DNA of 64,000 bases from Octopus sinensis (Eukaryota), in NCBI RefSeq assembly GCF_006345805.1, contig NW_021834580.1, positions 1 to 64,000 on the forward strand. Direction: 5' to 3'. This document shows, in pieces, positions 1-12,953 of this stretch. Positions within the stretch are counted from its first letter, which is position 1, and each line of letters begins with the position of its first letter. Under the pieces are notes generated by a model. That model ran no database searches. It worked only from the letters and a program-made list of their open reading frames with translations, and was not told the DNA's origin. The position numbers were made by a program, and so were the translations under genes.

Positions 1-102
1 TCTTACTTCCAGAATCCTCAGCTTGCTGCATGAAATGGCCATGAAACTCCATTTCTTTCACCTGCTTGATCTGTTGATCTTCTTTTCTGTGCTTCAATTC
101 TC

Positions 103-528
103 CTACTCTTTACTCTTTTACTCTTTTACTTGTTTCAGACATTTGACTGCGGCCATGCTGGAGCACCGCCTTAGTCGAGCAAATCGACCCCGAGACTTAT
201 TCTTTTGTACAGCCCAGTACTTATTCTATCGGTCTCTTTTTGCCGAACCGCTAGGTGACGGGGACATAAACACACCAGCATCGGTTGTCAAGCAATGCTA
301 GGGGACCAAACCAGACACACAAACACCACACACACACATACATATATATATATATACATATATACGACAGGCTTCTTTCAGTTTCCGTCTACCAAATCCA
401 CTCACAAGGCATTGGTCGGCCCGGGGCTATAGCAGAAGACACTTGCCCAAGATGCCACGCAGTGGGACTGAACCCGGAACCATGTAGTTGGTTAGCAAGC
501 TACTTACCACACAGCCACTCCTGCGCCT
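103..528 (-). mobile_element. tRNA-headed SINE, family A
   Basis: Minus strand starts AGGCGCAGGAGTGGCTGTGTGGTAAG (A-box-like), has GGTTCAGTCCC (B-box-like), an internal (TA)n(TG)n tract and a (TAAAAGAG)n tail; about 16 similar copies in the window. Confidence 0.9.
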
Positions 529-849
529 ATGTTTCAGTAAATTTTCTGGTCATCTCAAGCTACCGATAGTATCCTTTCTTCACTCCGCACAACATAATGC
601 CTAAACCCCAACATCACAGTACTAACAGTGTCTTCCTCTGTTTCGTAATGGTCTACCTTTTTTTTTCCTTTCTTTGCCAGTAAGGTCTATCAGTAAAACT
701 TTCAATGTTCATTGGGCATTGTGAGTAGCTTTCTAATTCTTCAATTCAAGTTCTGTAGATCCACTTTTATCCATTTCAGAAAGGGAGCAGAGAATCTTAA
801 TGCTGACAGAGCCAATGATGTATTTATTACTTCAATGATATTGTGTGTG

Positions 850-1183
850 ACCCCCTTCGGTCAGACACTGACCATGGGCTTGCACCTAGAGAGTTACCCT
901 CTGAGGCACAAGTCTGGGCAAGGTTATTTATGGAAGACCAGCAGTCGCCCATGCATACCAGCCTCCCCCTCTCCATGCCACCAGTGTTATCCAAGGGAAA
1001 GGCAAGGGCCGATACAGCTTGGCACCAGTGACGTCGCAGCTCATTTCTACAGCTGAGTGAACTGGAGCAACGTGAAATAAAGCGTCTTGCTCAAGAACAC
1101 AAAACGAGCCCGGTCCGGGATTCGAGCTCATAACCTAACGATCGTAAGCCCGACGCTCTAACCACTGAGCACGCGCCCTTCAA
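850..1183 (-). mobile_element. tRNA-headed SINE, family D (long-tail variant)
   Basis: tRNA-like head at about 1183, then TGTTCTTGAGCAAGAC..TTCACGTTGCTCCAGTTCACTCAGCTG central domain; homologous to 61476-61792. Confidence 0.8.
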
Positions 1184-1523
1184 TGATATTACTTACATTT
1201 AATTGTGTTTCGAGTACCTTCTTAATTGTACTCTTGTATTTAATTTTCTATTCATCTCTTCTTCCATTATCCTATCGTATTACAACACCCCTAGGTATTT
1301 CTCATTATTCCACAGCGATCTAACAACATTGTCTTGCGGTAATTTTATACCATCAGAGCTTGTCTTCCAGCCTCTCTTCGTAATTAGCACTGCGCACTTG
1401 TTTACTCCAAACTCCATTAGCACTGCGCACTTGTTTACTCCAAACTCCATACCAATACTCTTACTGTTTGGATTAAAGAATCCAGGTTTTTTACACCTTT
1501 TATATATAGTTTGAGGTCACAAT

Positions 1524-1525
1524 GA

Positions 1526-1572
<47 letters not shown>

Positions 1573-1573
1573 A

Positions 1574-1631
<58 letters not shown>

Positions 1632-1711
1632 CGTAGTTCTAGTAGTAGTAGTAGTAGTAGTAGTAGTGGCGGTGGTGGTGGTGGTGGTGATGATGATGAT
1701 GATGATGATGA
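1524..1711. repeat. compound trinucleotide microsatellite (TAG)n(CAG)n(TGG)n(TGA)n
   Basis: Direct reading. Confidence 0.95.
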
Positions 1712-2278
1712 ATGCTCTGATGCAGTACCAGACAGTGGCTCTCACAATGCCCTGATGCAGTACCAGGCAGTGGCTCTCATGGCTTCTGATCTTAACTGAT
1801 TGGAAGTGTTATCATGTACATTGTTTTGTCTTGGTATAAAAGATGGGCTACAGCAAATATTCTGCTCAATACCACAGATTTGCTTGTCAGTTGTTTGACC
1901 TTAACCAGTTGAGCATGTCCCTTAGTGGCTGACGATATGTGCATCTCTGACCACGAGCAGAAGTAGTGGGGGAGCATCATAGCCATGTGTTGAAAGGAAT
2001 TCTTGGAGGTTTGGATGATTCACCTCTGGAAGCATCCTTAAACAATCCTTATTCAGGGACCTTTTGAGGGGGATGGGCTACTAGACCAGAAAAAATTCTG
2101 AGCCCACCTGCAAGGTCATGCGCTGTTATCTTGATATGAGATCACCATGTCGCGCACATATGGTTGTGATGCATATGCCTAGTGTACCCTTATCAGACGG
2201 CTAGGCATGCTGGGTATACTGGACTTCGTATATTATACCCCAGTGTCACTTTGATGGCATGCACTTCTCTCTCACTCA

Positions 2279-2280
<2 letters not shown>
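1712..2280 (+). mobile_element. about 570-bp interspersed repeat (family E), microsatellite-flanked, (AAT)n tail
   Basis: Homologous over its length to the reverse complement of 9565-10112; both copies begin at CCTGATG(C/T)AGTACCAG next to a trinucleotide repeat. Confidence 0.8.
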
Positions 2281-2320
<40 letters not shown>

Positions 2321-2361
2321 TAATAATAATAATAATAATAATGATGATGATGATGATGATA

Positions 2362-2399
<38 letters not shown>

Positions 2400-2522
2400 C
2401 ATTACTTTTATTATGATGATCATGAGTAACATCATCATCATCATAATCGCCGCCACCACAACCACCACCACCACCACAACCACCACCACAACCACAACCA
2501 CCACCACCACCACCACCATCGC

Positions 2523-2559
<37 letters not shown>

Positions 2560-2961
2560 GTCAAGCTATTTGAACCCTTTTAACACACCTTATAATCTTC
2601 ATACCGAGTACCCCTACCTGTCGATTTATATGATTTCAGATACAGATACAGATCGTATTAGTCCATTAGTATATCTCAGGCTTAAGACGCAGCCGCATGG
2701 CCTGAGACAACGGGTACCTTTCACAGACTGTTTGTCAGTTCCGAGAAGTGACGATTTCTCAAAAGATACAACGTTAGGTGTTATATTTAGTTCTCATTTA
2801 TGGCTTTAGCTTGTTAGGAATGGAGCCAAGGACATCAGTAACTGCTGGCACAGCCTTAGTTTGTTCCAAATTCTATACCCTGCGAGTGATGTATGTCTCT
2901 AATTACCGAGTGTGAGAATATATATAAGTATACACACACACACACACACACATACGTACAT

Positions 2962-3316
2962 TCTTTTATTTTTCTTGCTTCAGTCATTTGACTGCGGCCA
3001 TGCTGGAGCACCGCCTTTAATCGAGCAACTCGACCCCGGGACTTATTCTTTTGTAAGCCCAGTATTTATTCTATCGATCTCTTTTGCCGAACCGCTAAGT
3101 GACGGGGACGTTAACACACCAGCATCGGTTGTCAAGCAATGCTAGGGGACACAAACACAGACACAATACATATATATATATACATATATACGACAGGCTT
3201 CTTTCAGTTCCGTCAACCAAATCCACTCACAAGGCATGGTCGGCCGGGGCTATAGTGAAGACACTTGCCCAAGATGCCACGCAGTGGGACCTGAACCCGG
3301 AACAATGTGGTTGGTT
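2962..3316 (-). mobile_element. SINE family A, head truncated
   Basis: Matches the family A body. Confidence 0.85.
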
Positions 3317-3337
3317 ATATATATATATATGTGTGTG

Positions 3338-3384
<47 letters not shown>

Positions 3385-3616
3385 ATATATATATATGGCG
3401 GTGCCCAGCATGGCCACAGCTCGTGAGTCGAAACTAGATAAATAAAAAAAAATTAATTATATATAATACATATAGGTGCAGGCCGGCGAAAGCCTTGTGA
3501 GTGGATTTGGTAGACGGAAATTGAAAGAAGTCCGTCGTATATATATATATCTTTTTCTCTCCTTTTTTTCTTTCCTTTTTTCTCTCCTATCTTAGCTCCT
3601 TTTTTTCTCTTCTTTT

Positions 3617-3752
3617 TTGTGTCCCTTTCAGTAGAAGAGCGTAGGCTCGAAACGTAAAAGACTTTTTCTATTCCTGAGCGTTATACTAATATATCTGTTT
3701 GTTTTGTACACCACCTATCTTTATCTTTTGTTTTTTTCGTAAACTCTCCCTA
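3617..3752 (+). mobile_element. about 135-bp repeat with degenerate minimal hammerhead (core CAGTAGA)
   Basis: Homologous to 16025-16145 and 40851-40983; GAGC-GTAG-GCTC-GAAACGTA intact. Confidence 0.75.
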
Positions 3753-3756
3753 TATA

Positions 3757-3971
3757 TATAGGGCTAAACACAGAGGGGACAAACAAGGACAGACAAGCGG
3801 ATTAAGTCGATTACTTCGACCCCAGTGCGTAACTGGTACTTAATTTATCGACCTCGAAAGGATGAAAGGCAAAGTCAACTTCGGCGGAATTTGAACTCAT
3901 AACGTAACGGCAGACGAAATACGGCTAAGCATTTCGCCCGGCGTCCTAACGTTTCTGCCAGCTTGCCGCCT
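3757..3971 (-). mobile_element. tRNA-headed SINE, family B
   Basis: Minus strand GGCGGCAAGCTGGCAGAAACGTTAG..GAGTTCAAATTCCGCCGAAGTTGACTTTGCCTTTCATCC.. Confidence 0.9.
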
Positions 3972-4069
3972 TTATATATATATATAATATATATATTATA
4001 TATATTATATATATATATATTGTTATTATTGTTATTATTGTTATTATTATCGTTATTATTATAATTATA

Positions 4070-4105
<36 letters not shown>

Positions 4106-4143
4106 CATTATCGTTATTATTGTTATTATTATCGTTATTATTG

Positions 4144-4175
<32 letters not shown>

Positions 4176-4801
4176 ATCATCAATCATGTTTTTAACAGTT
4201 TTATGAGGATGTCTGCTACTGCATCAGCAGGTGCTTCTCCGTAATTCCTAAGGTGTGTGCAACTTTGTTTTCGAAGAACGCAGCAGCTTGTTTGTGTACA
4301 GCAGATGTTATGCTTCCTTGACGGATTTATCGTTGTTGTAGTTGTTGTTGTTGTTACTGTTGTTATCGTTGTTGTTGTTGTTGTTGTTGTTGTTGTTCAT
4401 GTTGTTGCTTTTACTGTTATTGTTATATCCGAAGTTTATTTCGGTGTTTCATCTTTGCTGTTATTAGTATGTCAGTGTGGGGAGTGTTATAGTATTGCGC
4501 GGTAAATTCTATAGAATGTGAGTTACGCGAGTTCTTGGTATAAAATAGTAATGCTAAACCAATTATGTAAGACTATATATTATGACATTGTATTAGGTGA
4601 TGCCTGTGTGGCAAGTGTCTTGTGCCTGATGTGATATATCGCTTGGTGGTGGTGATTCTGCAGGTCAGTGACTCTCAACCGTCGAGCTGCGGACCAGTAC
4701 TGGACCGTAGATAATTGGCAAACTAGGCTGCACAGAAAGGATATACAGTTTTTGATTTTATTTCAATTTTTTCTGCTATCGTGTTTGCAAAATGTTTTTG
4801 C

Positions 4802-4874
<73 letters not shown>

Positions 4875-4879
4875 ATATA

Positions 4880-5292
4880 CTCTCTTTAATCTCTCTTTTA
4901 CTTGTTTCAGTCATTTGACTGCGGCCATGCTGGGGCACCGCCTTTAGTCGAGCAAATCGACCCCGGGACTTATTCTTTGTAAGCCCAGTACTTATTCTAT
5001 CGGTCTCTTTTGCCGAACCGCTAAGTGACGGGGACATACACACACCAGCATCGGTTGTCAAGCAATGCTAGGGGGACAAACACAGACACATAAACATATA
5101 CACACATGCATATATATATACATATATTCGACAGGCTTCTTTCAGTTTCCGTCTACCAAATCTACTCACAAGGCATTGGTCGGCCCGGGGCTATAGCAGA
5201 AGACACTTGCCCAAGATGCCACGCAGTGGGACTGAACCCGGAACCATGTGGTTGGTTAGCAAGCTACTTACCACACAGTCACTCCTGCACCT
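4880..5292 (-). mobile_element. SINE family A
   Basis: Full-length match to family A. Confidence 0.9.
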
Positions 5293-5320
5293 ATATATAT
5301 ATATGTTTTTTTTTGTTCTT

Positions 5321-5474
5321 GTTTCAGCTCAGAGCTGCGGCCATGCTGATGCACCGCCGTTAAGGATGAAAGGCAAAGTCGACCTCGGCAGAATTTGAAC
5401 TCATAATGTAACGGCAGATGAAACACCGCTAAGCATTTTGCCTAGCGTTCAAACGATTCGCCAGCTCGCCGCCT
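5321..5474 (-). mobile_element. chimeric SINE: family B head/core plus A-type stem-loop tail
   Basis: B head to TTTCATCCTT, then GGCGGTGCATCAGCATGGCCGCAGCTCTGAGCTGAAAC. Confidence 0.7.
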
Positions 5475-5497
5475 TCATGTATTTATATAATATATAT

Positions 5498-5569
<72 letters not shown>

Positions 5570-5799
5570 CAGGCAAAAATAACAGCCTTTGTGTTCATAT
5601 GTGTGTGTGGTGTGTATACATGATACACATCAAGGTGCAGAAATGACTTATTCCGAATGACCAAGGTAATGTAATCCGATGGTAGAAAGAATTCCGCGAA
5701 TTAGGTCCTCCAAAGTCACTCACAAGGCCGGGGGTCCGTGTGACCGTGTGGTAAATAGTAAATCCAAAACAAAAAACGAAGAACAAACACAAAAAAAAA

Positions 5800-5960
5800 C
5801 AACGTGAGGACATGATATATGTAAAGTATTAGCAGATGCTCAGGGAAGGAAGGGAAGATAGTTTGACGCTTCGAGCAAAGCTCTTCTTCATAAACAGAAA
5901 AAAGTCCAATAGAAAAGGAATACGGAGGACGAAAATCGCCAACGATTCACATGTGGTTAC
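5800..5960 (-). mobile_element. Penelope-pLTR-like fragment with degenerate hammerhead (5861-5895)
   Basis: Minus strand GTTT-ATGAAGA-A-GAGC TTT GCTC-GAAG-CGTC-AAAC; two core substitutions. Confidence 0.55.
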
Positions 5961-6239
5961 ATTTTGAAATGACCGGAAAGGAATGGGTGAAGAAAAAGTT
6001 ATTACTAAGACAGGAGAGTACAAGAGAGGGAGTATGTGTGTGTATGTTTGGGTATGTGTGTGCGCGCAAGCCTGTGTGTGTGTGTGTAATAGTATGTGTG
6101 TGTGTATGTGTGTGCATGTATTGTGTGTGTGTTGCTTGTGTGGTGTTGGCTGTTTATATGTGTATCTGTGAGTGAATTTTGTGTCTCTTAATGTTGTAGG
6201 AAGAATTCAGAACGTGGTGTCAGGAGTGGCCGTCCTTTG

Positions 6240-6274
6240 TGTAGTTTGTATATATATATATATATATATATAAT

Positions 6275-6308
<34 letters not shown>

Positions 6309-6352
6309 ATATGTGTGGTTGTGTGTGTGGGTGTATATATATATATAACATG

Positions 6353-6384
<32 letters not shown>

Positions 6385-6692
6385 TATAGATATACCACAT
6401 ATATATATATATGTATATATATATATAACCCATGCATATATATTATATATATGGATATATGTGTATATATATATATTATATATATATATATATATATACA
6501 TACACTCATGCATGCATATATACATACTTACATGCATACATGCATACAAACATTCATACATACATACATGCATACATACATTCATACATACATACAAACA
6601 TTCATACATACATACATGCATGCATACATTCATACATACATACACACATACATACATACATACATACATACATACATACATACATACATACA

Positions 6693-6723
<31 letters not shown>

Positions 6724-6725
6724 CC
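6240..6725. repeat. (TA)n / (CATA)n microsatellite block
   Basis: Direct reading. Confidence 0.95.
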
Positions 6726-7504
6726 TATATCCACCAATAACTGTCATAGCCGATACTATTATAGATATCAAAATAACTATTATAGCTACCAATGCTAATT
6801 ATTATAACCACCAGTATAAGGAAGACACTGTAAAATTGTAGAATGATGTCTCGGCTGTTTTCCTAATGTATGTCGTTTTACGTCTACTTCATTGCGTTTT
6901 TTTTCATACACTCCATAATTCACCCAACAAATACACATGTTGAATGATACTGGATCATGTAGTTAATATCCAATTAACTTGATGGAAATTTTTTTTTTGG
7001 AACGAATATTTTGGTTTTCATTTTGATTAACAATTGTTGATAAAAGTCTTCAGACTTAATGTCTCCAGTAGTTTCAGTCATATCAAAGTGAATACTGGAA
7101 TAATTCATAAAGTATACACATGGAAGAAAAAAAAGACAGCGGTGCCTAACGTTCATGCGATTTATTACGTTAGATATTGGAGTGGACAATATGTTAGAAG
7201 TTGTTCTAGCATCCAGCTGTCTGGAGAGACATTGTAGTTTCTATTATTGGCCAGTAGCTGAAGTGACCTTGCCAGGTCGCAAGCCCGATTAGGTTGTCTG
7301 GAGATCCTGGGTTACCAAGACGTCGAAACCCTGCCTCACGCTTCCTCTCATTGGTGCTGTCCATAACAAGGAAGAACATAACATTTGGTACCAGTTTGGT
7401 TATGCAATTTGTCAGAAGTTTTGAGTGAAATAGCAAAATTACTTTGGGTTTCCCACTTGCTTTCACTTGATTTCACTTTGGATTTATTATAAGGTGTACA
7501 CTTA

Positions 7505-7735
7505 AGGCGGCGAGCTGGCAGAAACGTTAGCACGCCGGGCAAAATGCTTAGCAGTATTTCGTCTCTCGCTACGTTCTGAGTTCAAATTCCGCCGAGGTCG
7601 ACTTTGCCTTTCATCCTTTCGGGGTCGATAAATAAAGTACCAGTTACGCACTGGGGTCGATGTAATCTACTTAATCCCTTTTTCTGTCCTTGTTTGTCCC
7701 CTCTATGTTTAGCCCCTTGTGGGCAATAAAGAAAT
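7505..7735 (+). mobile_element. SINE family B with 15-bp TSD
   Basis: TSD TATAAGGTGTACACT at 7488-7502 and 7737-7751. Confidence 0.92.
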
Positions 7736-8094
7736 ATATAAGGTGTACACTCTTAACTTTTATCACAAAGCTTTGAGACTAATAAGTCGTAGTTGGGGGG
7801 TGAGGTCAGTACTCTCGATTAAAGACTAAAACCTGCTAACGGGCCGATTCGTTAGACAGTCATGTAGAATGCTCCTTAGTATTTGTTGTGATCTTCTGCT
7901 CTCTCAGTTCAAATACCACTGATGTCAACATTGTTTATTTTCAACTTCACAGAGTTTAAAAAAAAAAAGAATAAAACAGTACGAATCCAAAACAGTGCAT
8001 TGACGGAGCTGCAAAAACGTCGGATTGGATGTCTTGCAGTATTTGTTCCTGCTCTGAAGTCAAATCCTTCAAAGGTCCACTTGTATTTAATACC

Positions 8095-8327
8095 TATTTC
8101 TTTACTACCCACAAGGGGCTAAACACAGAGAGGACAAACAAGGACAGACAAACGAATTAAGTCGATTATATAGACCCCAGTGCGTAACTGGTACTTATTT
8201 AATCGACCCCGAAAGGATGAAAGGCAAAGTCGACCTCGGCGGAATTTGAACTCAGAACGTAGCGGCAGACGAAATACTGCTAAGCATTTCGCCCGGCGTG
8301 CTAACGTTTCTGCCAGCTCGCCGCCTT
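8095..8327 (-). mobile_element. SINE family B with 16-bp TSD
   Basis: TSD ACTTGTATTTAATACC at 8079-8094 and 8340-8355. Confidence 0.92.
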
Positions 8328-8591
8328 ATATTTGTATATACTTGTATTTAATACCATTACCTTGTACTTTGCCTGTCTGTTGTGGAATCCACTTTATTGC
8401 AGGTATTTGGACCAGATCTCCGTTTAAAGAGGGCATCCTCCTGTTTTCTGCTTCCTATAGAAAGTCATGGAGTCATACTAACCTATACTTCTGACTAAAT
8501 ATTTTAAAATACCAGTACTGTAGACCAGAAACAACTGAATTGGATATTTGTATCAAGTTGTTTGATTATATACTGAAGAACTGATTGAGGT

Positions 8592-8645
<54 letters not shown>

Positions 8646-8800
8646 TCCTTTCTCTCTCTGTATATATATATGTGTGTGTGTCTTATATTTTACTTGTTTC
8701 AATTATTCTATTTTCCTCTTTTGTCGGTCAAGCGGTGGTGCAATAAACACATACAAATACACACACATACACAAATATATATATTATATATATATTATAT

Positions 8801-8843
<43 letters not shown>

Positions 8844-9235
8844 AAATAATAATAATATATCATAATAATAATTATATACATACTCCGATTTATGTAAACA
8901 ATTGACTGAAAAATGATGAACTAACCCAGGCCAGAATCGAACACCCATATCAACGCTAACAAGGCTCGATGCACATCCGATTGGACCAAATGCTTAATTT
9001 TAATTCCTCCATAAATAGTACTGCATCTTGCCTTTCCACCAATCCACGTAGGACGGATAGCTGCAACTACCGATCAGCGACCGAATGTCCGTTGCATAAT
9101 TCAATTAACTACTATATCTGCTTTTATTATTATTATTATTATTATTATTATCATCATCATCATCATCATCATCATCATTATTATTATTATTATTATTGTT
9201 ACTATTATTATTGTTGTTGTTGTTGTTATCATGAA

Positions 9236-9452
9236 AGCAGCGATCTTCAGAATCTTTAGCATGCCGGGCGAAATACTTAGCGATATTTCGTCTGTCTTCG
9301 TGTTCTGAGTTCAAATTCCGCCGAGGTCGACTTTGCCTTTCATCCTTTCGATGTCGACAAATTAAGAACCAGTCAAGTACTGGGGTGGATGTGATTGATT
9401 GTTCCTCTCCCCACAAAAATCCAGGCCTTGTGCCTTTCAAAGAAAGGATTAT
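9236..9452 (+). mobile_element. SINE family B variant with (ATT)n tail
   Basis: B head/core followed by a different 3' end running into (ATT)n; similar to 10480-10682 and 48303-48520. Confidence 0.75.
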
Positions 9453-9487
9453 TATTATTATTATCATCATCATCATCATCATCGTCG

Positions 9488-9551
<64 letters not shown>

Positions 9552-9564
9552 TGTTATTATCATC

Positions 9565-10112
9565 AAGGATTAAGAGAGCTTCATGTACCATGAAAGTGAC
9601 TCGAGTATAAATATACAAAGCCCAATATACCCATCATGACCATATGTCTGATCAGGGTACACCATGCACGTGCCCACAACCATATGTGCGCGACATGGTG
9701 GTCTTATATCTAGATAAACAGTGCATGACTTTGCAAGTAGGGTTCAGTCATAATTTTCCTCAGGTTGAGTATCCCATCCCGATCAAAAGGTCCCTGAATA
9801 GGGTTTGTTTTAGGATGATGAACGAAACACCCATGTTTCCAGAGGTGCATTACTCAAACTCCAAAAGATTCCTTTCAACACATAGCTATGGTGCTCTCCC
9901 CAACTACTTCTGCTCATGATCAGAGATGCACATATCGTCAGCCACTAAGGGACATGCTCAACTGGATAAGGTCAAACAGCTGCCAAACAAATCTGTAGTA
10001 TTGAGCAGAATATTTGCAGTAGCTCATCTTTTACACCAAAACAAAGTATGTACATGATAACACTTCCAATCAGAGAAAAATCAAAAGTCATGAGAGCCAC
10101 TGGTACTACATC
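9565..10112 (-). mobile_element. family E repeat, second copy
   Basis: Inverted homolog of 1712-2280, flanked by (ATC)n and (ATT)n. Confidence 0.8.
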
Positions 10113-10224
10113 AGGTTATATTATTATTATTATTATTATTATTTTATTATTATTATTATTTTATTATTATTATTATTATTATATTATCATGGTCATCATC
10201 TTCATCATCATCACCACCACCACC

Positions 10225-10258
<34 letters not shown>

Positions 10259-10380
10259 TCATCATTATTATTATTATTATATTATTATTATTATTATCAT
10301 CATCATCATCATCTTCAACATCACCACCACCACCACCACCATCATCTTCATCATTATCATCATCATCATCATCATCATCA

Positions 10381-10426
<46 letters not shown>

Positions 10427-10479
10427 CATTATTATCAGCAGCAGCATAAGCATTATCTTCATCATCATCATCACCCTCA

Positions 10480-10682
10480 TTGGCGAGATGGGAAAAATCA
10501 TTAGTTCGCCGGACAAAATGCCAGGCAGCATTTCGTCTGCCTTTACGTTCTGAGGTCGACTTAGCCGTTCCTTTTTTTGGGGATCAATAAAATAAGTGTC
10601 AGTTGAGCACTGGGGTCGATGCAATCGAATTACCCCTCCTCCACCAAAATTTCTTTCCTGGTGCCAAATTTTGAAACCATTG
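10480..10682 (+). mobile_element. SINE family B variant, degenerate
   Basis: Partial match to B head/core. Confidence 0.6.
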
Positions 10683-10728
10683 TTATTTTTTTTCAATTTT
10701 CTTATCATCATCACCATTATCTTCAACT

Positions 10729-11156
10729 AGGCGCAGGAGTGGCTGTGTGGTAAGTAGCTTGCTAACCAACCACACGGTTGCGGGTTCAGTCCCACTGCGT
10801 GGCATCTTGGGCAAGTGTCTTCTGCTATAGCCCCGGGCCGACCAATGCCTTGTGAGTGGATTTGGTAGATGGAAACTGAAAGAAGCCCGTCGTATATATA
10901 TATATATATATGTGTGTGTGAGTATGTGTGTGTGTGTGTTTGTGTGTCTGTGTTTGTCCCCCTAGCATTGCTTGACAACCGATGCTGGTGTGTTTACGTC
11001 TCCGTCACTTAGCGGTTCGGCAAAAGAGACCGATAGAATAAGTACTGGGCATACAAAGAATAAGTCCCGGGGTCGATTTGATCGACTAAAGGCGGTGCTC
11101 CAGCATGGCCGCAGTCAAATGACTGAAACAAGTAAAAGAGTAAAAGAGTAAAGAGT
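10729..11156 (+). mobile_element. SINE family A
   Basis: Full length with GTAAAAGAGTAAAAGAGTAAAGAG tail. Confidence 0.92.
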
Positions 11157-12062
11157 ATCTTCTTCATCATCATCATCAACATCATCTTTATCATCAACAT
11201 CATCATTGTTATCTGTTTTAAATAATTAAAAATTTTGAGAGAATTTGTCAAGTAATGTTGCCGTCATTAAGCTTAAGAGTGTGTAAGACAACTCAAGAAA
11301 TGATTTTTTACATAAATTTATAGCAAAAAAAGTGAATTTAAATATGAAAATTTAAAAGGATAGGTTTTATGCAATGGAATCAGAGACGTTGTTATACAAG
11401 CTGTTTGGCATCAAAAGGAAACACCAGCAACTATCTGCAGACAGCATCGAGACTGCGAAAAGACGAAAAGTATTTAAAAGGAATTGTATATATATACTCT
11501 ATTTACTAAGTTGCCAAATGTTAGCTGCAACGAATGAATACAGAAATATCCACACCCGATTTGGCAGACATGTAAAATAGAAACTCTGCCAAATTTACAA
11601 CTTTGGCAGAGAAACCAGATGTTACAGACATGGATATTGATACAGAATTAAGGGAATATTATAAGGTAAAATATTGGTTCGGTAAATAAATGCCATGCAT
11701 TTAAATATTTTATAAATAACACTAAATTATGTGAAATGGGTTGAATTGGCTTAAATGCTTATCAGTAATATATTCTTGCTATTTACGCCTATATCATCAA
11801 TGTTAGCCGATGTAAGAACTATGAAAATATGTGACCTCATTTTTTTTATAATGTTAAAGACAAAGTGTGTAGTCGTAGAAGAGTTTTTAAACTAGGGATC
11901 GTCGGACCGGCGTAAATTACTCCAAGTGGGGTAAAAATGAAATTCTTGCGGGTAATGAGGACTCATTAGACATATAAAATTATATTTAAAAAAAACGCGT
12001 CCTTTGTTACGACAGAATTTTTTTCTTCTGGCAACACTGCATCTGCCCAATGTAATGGGGAT

Positions 12063-12447
12063 GGAAGCACTCCGTCGGTTACGACGATGAGGGTTCCGGT
12101 TGATCCGAATCAACGAAACAGCCTGCTCGGGAAATTAACGTGTAAGTGGCTGAGCACTCCACAGACACGTGTACCCTTAACGTAGTTCTCGGGGATATTC
12201 AGTGTGACACAGAGAGTGACAAGGCCGGCCCCTTGAAATACAGGTACAACAGAAACAGGAAGTAAGAGTGAGAGAAAGTTGTGGTGAAAGAGTACAGCAG
12301 GGATCACCACCATCCCCTGCCGGAGCCTCGTGGAACTTTTAGGTGTTTTCGCTCAATAAACACTCACAACGCCCGGTCTGGGAATCGAAACCGCGATCCT
12401 ATGACCGCGAATCCGCTGCCCTAACCACTGGGCCATTGCGCCTCCAC
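12063..12447 (-). mobile_element. tRNA-headed SINE, family C
   Basis: Minus strand GTGGAGGCGCAATGGCCCAGTGGTTAG..GGTTTCGATTCCCAGACC; tail ..GTCGTAACCGACGGAGTGCTTCC; AATGTAAT duplicated on both sides. Confidence 0.92.
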
Positions 12448-12774
12448 GCCTAATGTAATAGTCGTGTTTAGAAGACATTTTTGGATGTTAATTGCTGCAA
12501 AGGCTTTCAGAATTACACATGAGGAGGCAGTCAAAATGTTGCGCTGACTTTTGCAACAACCTACCTTTGCGAACAATGGTTTTCCACTTTAATGAACATA
12601 AAAAGAAAGCAGAGAAATCGATTGAACCCCGAAGACTGTATCCAAAGTGCTCTGGCATCAAAATGCCCCCAATTTTGATGAAATTGTAACAAAAATGAAA
12701 CATCATTTCTCCAAAACCTGAATTGAAATAGTTTCTAGAAAAATCCTTTTGTTTCATAATGCCGATATTAATCT

Positions 12775-12911
12775 ATTTTATCGCATTTACATTATTTACA
12801 TTTGACGGGTATTTGTCCTCATCTTATTTGTTATTAACACAACGTTTCGGCTTCATCAGGTGTCTTGGGGAAATTTCGAACCTGGGTTCTCATTCCTAAG
12901 GTATTTTTCGA

Positions 12912-12953
<42 letters not shown>

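Larger units (their letters stand above)
7150..8480 (-). pseudogene. degraded unidentified coding relic interrupted by two SINE B insertions
   Basis: After removing the SINE and one TSD copy, the frame reads SGFHNRQAKYKVMVLNTSGPLKDLTSEQEQILQDIQSDVFAAPSMHCFGF across the junction; further stop-containing peptide-like frames follow. Confidence 0.3.

Noticed and set aside
285-569. Recurrent ORFs MSSNARG.., MVVIPAVLFHHNF.., MRNWYL..RPRKDERQSRPRRNLNSE
   Set aside because: They recur because they are read-throughs of SINE A, C and B copies, not genes.
11240-12040. Possible hAT remnant (GGCAACACTG end, MESETLLYKLFG.. ORF)
   Set aside because: No matching second TIR, TSD or transposase motif identified.
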